DNA of 64,000 nt, from the NCBI RefSeq assembly GCF_030532265.1, contig NZ_JAUNLM010000002.1, positions 69,558 through 133,557 of the forward strand, written 5' to 3'. The first letter of the stretch is position 1; the number at the start of each line of letters is the position of its first letter. The notes beneath the pieces were generated by a model, which saw nothing but the letters and a program-made list of their open reading frames with translations, was not told the origin of the DNA and ran no database searches. Both the position numbers and the translations under genes were made by a program. Positions 58,607 through 64,000 of this stretch are shown here, piece by piece. Source of the DNA: Clostridium sp. Lineage in GTDB: Bacteria; Bacillota; Clostridia; Clostridiales; Clostridiaceae.

Positions 58607-59674
58607 ATGAAGAATAAGAATGATAAGGGTAAAATAAATATAAAAAGTAAAAAAGTTGTTGTAACTAAGAAAAAAATTATTATAGCATTAGTAATAATAT
58701 TAATTATAGTAATAACTACTTCACTATCAGTTGCATATGCTATGAATAGTATAAATAAAATTATTGATAAAAAGATTGAAAGTGTGTTAGAACAAAATAA
58801 TTTAAGTGGAGTTATAAGCAAAGTTGCGCCATCTTTAGTAACTATAGGAGAAAATTATGATGATGCTACCTCATCAAAGGTATCTCAAAAAAATTCAACT
58901 GGAATAGTTGTTGATAGTGGTGGATTGATAATTACTTCTTATGAAAAGATTAAGGATTATAAAGAAATATTTATAGATATACCAGCAAAAGGAGTAAAAC
59001 CGCTTAAGGGTACTTTAATTGGATATAATAAAGAGGCAGATATGGCATTAATAAAAATATCTGCAAATGGATTAACACCAATTTCATTAGCTAGTTCTAG
59101 CTCAGTAAAAGAAGGTGAAAGTGTCTATGCAATAGGAAATTCTTTAAGCAATAATTATATAGGTCTAATTACTTCAGGGATCATAACATCTACAAATCAT
59201 AAAATTAAAATGAATGATGAATATTGTTCTATAATACAAACAAATGCTGTTATGAATGAAGAAAACTTTGGGGGAGTACTTTGTAACTCTAAAGGAGAAT
59301 TAGTAGGCTTAAATAGTAGATACTTAACTCAAGAATTTAACAAAGATGGATTATATTTTGCATCTAGTATAGATATGATAAAAAAATCTTTAAATAGTAT
59401 AATAAAAAAAGAAGATCTTATAGGAATACGTGGTGTTGAGGTAAATGTTAGCAATGAGTATAAAAAAGGTTTTTACATAAAAGATGTAATAACTGATAGT
59501 AATGCTCAAAAAGGTGGGCTTAAGCCAACAGACATAATATTAACTGCTAATGATACTAAAATTTTATCTTATGATGATTTGATAAAAGTACTTAAAGATG
59601 ATAAGTATAAGGGTAATATAAAATTTAAGATACTAAGAAACGGTGAGATAGAAAAGATAACTATAAATCTATAA
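58607..59674 (+). CDS. HtrA/DegP-like membrane-anchored PDZ protein lacking catalytic His and Ser (pseudo-protease)
   Basis: Aligns by eye with B. subtilis HtrA-family blocks: IITSYEKI vs IVTNNHVV, DMALIKI vs DLAVVEI, NEENFGGVL vs NPGNSGGAL. C-terminal PDZ domain (GFYIKDVITDSNAQKGGLKPTDIIL). Confidence 0.75.
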   Translation: MKNKNDKGKINIKSKKVVVTKKKIIIALVIILIIVITTSLSVAYAMNSINKIIDKKIESVLEQNNLSGVISKVAPSLVTIGENYDDATSSKVSQKNSTGIVVDSGGLIITSYEKIKDYKEIFIDIPAKGVKPLKGTLIGYNKEADMALIKISANGLTPISLASSSSVKEGESVYAIGNSLSNNYIGLITSGIITSTNHKIKMNDEYCSIIQTNAVMNEENFGGVLCNSKGELVGLNSRYLTQEFNKDGLYFASSIDMIKKSLNSIIKKEDLIGIRGVEVNVSNEYKKGFYIKDVITDSNAQKGGLKPTDIILTANDTKILSYDDLIKVLKDDKYKGNIKFKILRNGEIEKITINL

Positions 59675-59677
59675 TTT

Positions 59678-59737
59678 AAAAGGAGTATAGCGAGTGATTA
59701 TAGTATAATCATAAGCTTACTCCTTTTAATATTTTTT
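59678..59737 (+). terminator. Intrinsic terminator
   Basis: AAAAGGAGTA ... TACTCCTTTT outer stem with an inner hairpin, followed by a T-rich tail. Confidence 0.6.
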
Positions 59738-59870
59738 TAATATATTTTGAAATTTATAGTACGCTTTTTTTATTATCAAAATTTAGTATAATATTTAATA
59801 GGTATTTGAATAAATAAATTTTTATTGTAGAAGATTATAAAATATAAGTAGTTTAGAAAGAGGAGATAAA

Positions 59871-60446
59871 ATGTTCATAATAGTAGGACTTGGAAATATA
59901 GGTGAAAAGTACGAAAATACTAGACATAATATTGGTTTTGATAGTGTAGATTATATAGCTAATAAGTATAATATAGATATAAACAGGAAAAAATTTAAAG
60001 GGGTTTATGGAGAAGGATTTATTGAAGGAGAAAAGGTAATTTTAATTAAGCCTTCAACATTTATGAATTTAAGTGGAGAATGTGTCAGGGAAATACTTGA
60101 TTTTTATAAACTTACAAATGAGGATATTATAGTTTTATATGATGATATAAGTTTAGATGTAGGTAAGATAAGAATAAGAGAAAAGGGAAGTGCTGGGGGA
60201 CATAACGGAATAAAAAATATAATATCACATTTAGGCACTGATAAATTTTCAAGAATTAAAATAGGAGTGGGACAACCTAAAGGAGATTTAATAAATCATG
60301 TTTTAGGAAATTTTTCAAAAGAAGAAAGAGAAGTTTTAGAAGAAAGTTTAGATGTTACTAAGCTTGCTGTAGATGAAATAATAAAAAGTGATATAAGCTC
60401 AGCTATGAATAAATATAATGGATTTAAAGCTAAAAAAAGTATTTAA
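59871..60446 (+). CDS. pth: Peptidyl-tRNA hydrolase
   Basis: [16 protein letters not shown] and GGHNGIKNI motifs. Confidence 0.95.
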   Translation: MFIIVGLGNIGEKYENTRHNIGFDSVDYIANKYNIDINRKKFKGVYGEGFIEGEKVILIKPSTFMNLSGECVREILDFYKLTNEDIIVLYDDISLDVGKIRIREKGSAGGHNGIKNIISHLGTDKFSRIKIGVGQPKGDLINHVLGNFSKEEREVLEESLDVTKLAVDEIIKSDISSAMNKYNGFKAKKSI

Positions 60447-60460
60447 GGATGGTGTATAAA

Positions 60461-63400
60461 ATGAGATTAGAGGGGTTAATGGAGCCCTTAATTGAAAGTA
60501 AAAAATTTAATGAAATAAAAGAAAATATAAATAATAAAAAGTTTCCATTAGGGATATATGGACTATCAGAATCTGGTAGAACATATTTAATGAATGCTAT
60601 ATTTGAAAGTTCTAATGAGTCTTTAGTTATAGTTACAAACAGTGATATAGAAGCAAAAAATTTATATGAAGACTTAAGTTTTTATACAACAGAAGTTTAT
60701 TATTTCCCTGTAAGAGAGGTTGTTTTTTATAATATAGATGCTATCTCAGGTGATTTAAGATGGGCTAGACTTAAGGTAATAAAAGAAATATTAAATAAAA
60801 AGAAGAAAATAATAGTTACATCCATAGAATCTTTTGCAGCAAGCTATACTCCAAGAGAATATTATGAAAATCATAAAATAGAATTATCAATAAATAATGA
60901 AGTGGATTTTAATGATATAAATAGATTGCTTGTTGAAGGCGGGTATGAAAGAGTTGAAATGGTTGAAGGAAAAGGTGAGTTTGCTTTAAGAGGTGGAATT
61001 CTTGATGTATACCCTCCAGATTCAATTTATCCTTATAGAATAGAGTTATTTGGAGATGAAATAGATTCTATTAGAAGATTTAATGTGGAATCTCAAAGAA
61101 GTATAGATAAGGTTGATAAAGTTAGTATTTTTCCTGCTAAAGAAATAATAATAGATGATAATGTTATAGATTATGCTAAAAATACTTTAATAAAAGAGTT
61201 GAATAAAGCTTTAGAAAATAATAAAAATAAAGATAGTAAGGAAAAATTAAAAGAAATAATAAATAGAAACTTAGAATCTTTAATTCAAACTTCAAGTTTT
61301 GAAACTATAGATTCATATCTTCCATTTTTTTATGAAAACTTAGAAAGTTTATTTGATTATTTTAAAGGATATAATTTCGTGATTGATGATACAACAAGGT
61401 CTCTTGGAAAGTTAGAAGGTACTTATAGTGAATTTAGAGAAAACTTTTCAATGTTTCTTCAAAAGGGAAATATACTTCCTAAACATTCTGAATTACTTTT
61501 AGATTATAGTGAAGTTTTAGATAGGTTTGAGGAATGTAAATTAATAACTATGGATACCTTTAAAAAGGTTAGAGATATACTAAAGCCTCGTTCTATAATA
61601 AATATGTCTCAAATAACACTTCACAATTATCAAGGACAGTTAGATTTACTTATAGATGATATAAAAGATAAAAAGAGTAAAGGCTTTAAAAGCTTAATTC
61701 TTTCAGGAACAAGAACTAGAGGAGAAAGATTAGTAGAAACTTTAAGAGATAGAGAAATTGAAAGCGTTTATAAGGATAACGTTGATAAAATATCTTGTGG
61801 GGAAGTCGTAATTACTTTTGGAAATCTTCTTAAGGGATTTGAATTTCCTGATGAAAAGTTATGTGTAATATCAGATAAAGAAGTATTTGGGGAGGCGAAA
61901 CGAAAAATCCCTAAAAAGAAAAAGGTTAAAAAGGGTATAGCTAAAATAAATTCATTTACTGAATTGAAAATAGGTGATTATGTAGTTCATGCAAATCACG
62001 GAGTTGGTGTTTATAAAGGAATTAAACAAATAGAAGTAGCGGGAAATAAGAGAGATTATTTGGATATAGTTTATCAAAAGGGCGATAAGCTATATGTTCC
62101 TGTTGACCAACTTGACCTTATACAAAAGTATATAGGAACTGAAGGAAAGACTCCTAAGGTAAATAAACTTGGTGGAACAGAGTGGCAAAAGGCTAAGAGT
62201 AAAGTTAAACAATCAATAAATGAAATAGCTAAAGATTTAGTGAAACTTTATGCAACTAGGGCTACTTTAAAAGGTTATAAATTTAGTAAAGACACAGAGT
62301 GGCAAAGACAATTTGAAGATGAGTTTCCTTATGAAGAAACACCAGATCAACTTACATCACTTTCAGAAATAAAAAGTGATATGGAATCTGTAAAATCAAT
62401 GGATAGACTTCTTTGTGGAGATGTAGGATATGGAAAAACTGAAGTTGCTTTAAGGGCAGCATTTAAAGCTGTTATGGATGGAAAGCAAGTTGCATTTTTA
62501 GTACCAACAACTATACTTGCAGAACAACATTATAAGAATATGATTAAAAGATTTTCAGATTTTCCAATAAAAATTGATATGATAAGTAGATTTAGAACTG
62601 CAAAAGAACAAAAAGCTACGATACAAGCAGCAAAAGAAGGAAATGTTGATATATTAGTTGGAACTCATAAATTAGTAGCAAAAGATATTCAATTTAAAGA
62701 CTTAGGTCTTTTAATAATAGATGAAGAGCAAAGGTTTGGAGTTAAACAAAAAGAAAAAATAAAAGAATTAAAGAAGAATGTTGATGTTCTTACATTAAGT
62801 GCAACACCAATACCAAGAACTCTTCATATGTCATTAACAGGTGCTCGTGATATTTCTGTAATAGAAACACCTCCTGAAGAAAGATATCCGGTTCAAACTT
62901 ATGTTATAGAACAAAATGATCAACTTATAAGAGATGCTATACTTAGAGAAATGAACAGAGGAGGGCAAGTATTCTTTGTTTATAATCGTGTTGAAAGTAT
63001 TGAAAGCATGGCAAATTATATAAAAGAATTAGTTCCAGAAAGTAAAGTAACGTTTGCCCATGGTAGAATGACAGAAAGACAACTAGAAAAAGAAATGATG
63101 GACTTTATGGATAAAAAGTATGATGTGTTAGTATGTACTACCATAATAGAAACTGGTATAGATATACCAAATGTAAATACTATAATAGTATTTGATGCAG
63201 ATAAGATGGGGCTTTCACAATTATATCAATTAAGAGGTAGAGTTGGGAGATCTAATAAGATAGCTTATGCTTATCTTTTATATACTAAGGATAAAATATT
63301 AACAGAAGTAGCTGAAAAGAGGCTTAAGGCACTAAAGGATTTTACTGAACTTGGATCTGGATTTAAAATAGCTATGAGAGATTTAGAAATAAGAGGTGCC

Positions 63401-63973
63401 GGAAACATGATGGGTTCAGCTCAACATGGTCATATGGCTACTATAGGTTATGATTTATATTGTAGAATGCTTGAAGATACAATAAAAATTATAAAAGGTG
63501 AGATTACAAAAGAACCAGTTGAAACTACTGTTGATATTAAAGTTGATGCATATATTCCAGGAACGTTTATATCAGATGAAAATCAAAAGATTGAAGTTTA
63601 TAAAAAAATTGCAGCTATTGAAAGTTATGAAGAATACATGGAAATTAAAGATGAATTAGAGGATAGATATTCAGATATTCCAGATTCAGTTTATAATTTA
63701 ATGGATATAGCTTATATAAAGAGTAAAGCTAAGCAACTTAATATAGAAGAAATAAAAGAAACGCCAAAAGGAATATTCTTTAAATTTGAAGAAGGCGATA
63801 AAGAACATAAGGAAGTATTTAAAATATTAATAGATAAATATAAAGATAATGTAATACTTAAGTTTGGCAATATACCTGAATTTCAGTTCAAGCAAAATGG
63901 ATTCAAGAAAGAGGAAATATTACCATTCTTTAAAAATATGTTAAATAACATATTAAAAGTAATAAATACTTAA
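60461..63973 (+). CDS. mfd: Transcription-repair coupling factor
   Basis: About 1170 aa. UvrB-homology N-terminus, RNAP-interaction domain (GDYVVHANHGVGVY), SF2 helicase motifs (GDVGYGKTEV, DEEQRFG, TATPIPRT), TRG motif and C-terminal D7 domain. ATG 60461 after AAGGATGGTG. Confidence 0.95.
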   Translation: MRLEGLMEPLIESKKFNEIKENINNKKFPLGIYGLSESGRTYLMNAIFESSNESLVIVTNSDIEAKNLYEDLSFYTTEVYYFPVREVVFYNIDAISGDLRWARLKVIKEILNKKKKIIVTSIESFAASYTPREYYENHKIELSINNEVDFNDINRLLVEGGYERVEMVEGKGEFALRGGILDVYPPDSIYPYRIELFGDEIDSIRRFNVESQRSIDKVDKVSIFPAKEIIIDDNVIDYAKNTLIKELNKALENNKNKDSKEKLKEIINRNLESLIQTSSFETIDSYLPFFYENLESLFDYFKGYNFVIDDTTRSLGKLEGTYSEFRENFSMFLQKGNILPKHSELLLDYSEVLDRFEECKLITMDTFKKVRDILKPRSIINMSQITLHNYQGQLDLLIDDIKDKKSKGFKSLILSGTRTRGERLVETLRDREIESVYKDNVDKISCGEVVITFGNLLKGFEFPDEKLCVISDKEVFGEAKRKIPKKKKVKKGIAKINSFTELKIGDYVVHANHGVGVYKGIKQIEVAGNKRDYLDIVYQKGDKLYVPVDQLDLIQKYIGTEGKTPKVNKLGGTEWQKAKSKVKQSINEIAKDLVKLYATRATLKGYKFSKDTEWQRQFEDEFPYEETPDQLTSLSEIKSDMESVKSMDRLLCGDVGYGKTEVALRAAFKAVMDGKQVAFLVPTTILAEQHYKNMIKRFSDFPIKIDMISRFRTAKEQKATIQAAKEGNVDILVGTHKLVAKDIQFKDLGLLIIDEEQRFGVKQKEKIKELKKNVDVLTLSATPIPRTLHMSLTGARDISVIETPPEERYPVQTYVIEQNDQLIRDAILREMNRGGQVFFVYNRVESIESMANYIKELVPESKVTFAHGRMTERQLEKEMMDFMDKKYDVLVCTTIIETGIDIPNVNTIIVFDADKMGLSQLYQLRGRVGRSNKIAYAYLLYTKDKILTEVAEKRLKALKDFTELGSGFKIAMRDLEIRGAGNMMGSAQHGHMATIGYDLYCRMLEDTIKIIKGEITKEPVETTVDIKVDAYIPGTFISDENQKIEVYKKIAAIESYEEYMEIKDELEDRYSDIPDSVYNLMDIAYIKSKAKQLNIEEIKETPKGIFFKFEEGDKEHKEVFKILIDKYKDNVILKFGNIPEFQFKQNGFKKEEILPFFKNMLNNILKVINT

Positions 63974-64000
63974 TTCTATATAATTGAACTTAATAAATAA

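Noticed and set aside
1-64000. I looked across the whole window for CRISPR arrays, tRNA/rRNA genes, IS elements or integrases, prophage or toxin-antitoxin modules, and long dispersed repeats.
   Set aside because: None were seen. The intergenic regions are accounted for by promoters, T-box and L-box leaders and hairpin terminators. The window reads as conserved core chromosome rather than an accessory island.

Overview
Visibly very AT-rich (GC not computed), gene-dense chromosomal segment with about 60 real CDS. Gene content and order are typical of the origin-proximal housekeeping region of an anaerobic spore-forming Firmicute, most likely Clostridium sensu stricto: metG-tatD-yabE-like-rnmV-rsmA, murC/purR-spoVG-glmU-prs, pth-mfd, plus spmAB, nrdDG, rubrerythrin and ferredoxin. 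I saw no rRNA or tRNA genes, CRISPR arrays, transposases, prophage genes or recognisable defence genes. Cis-regulatory RNAs that can be read directly are three T-box leaders (ileS, metG, asnS) and a lysine riboswitch in front of an NhaC-family transporter. All three T-boxes share a GAA-N-codon-purine specifier context. Many ORF-track starts are too long, and I re-called them from RBS position. I do not see a convincing brand-new multi-gene system. The best candidates for follow-up are: (1) an intact MetRS-like paralog with degenerate HIGH/KMSKS motifs right behind canonical metG; (2) a five-gene YedE/TusA/DUF3343 + cysteine-desulfurase + LysR sulfur/selenium-trafficking divergon; (3) a two-component system followed by an HtrA-like protein that has lost catalytic His and Ser; (4) several smaller items (paired palindromic operators at degV-padR, a 47-aa repeat protein behind a BFD-like gene, an SxxS thioredoxin-fold protein, a stand-alone ATP-cone protein). 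All functional calls rest on motif recognition by eye. No database search was run.
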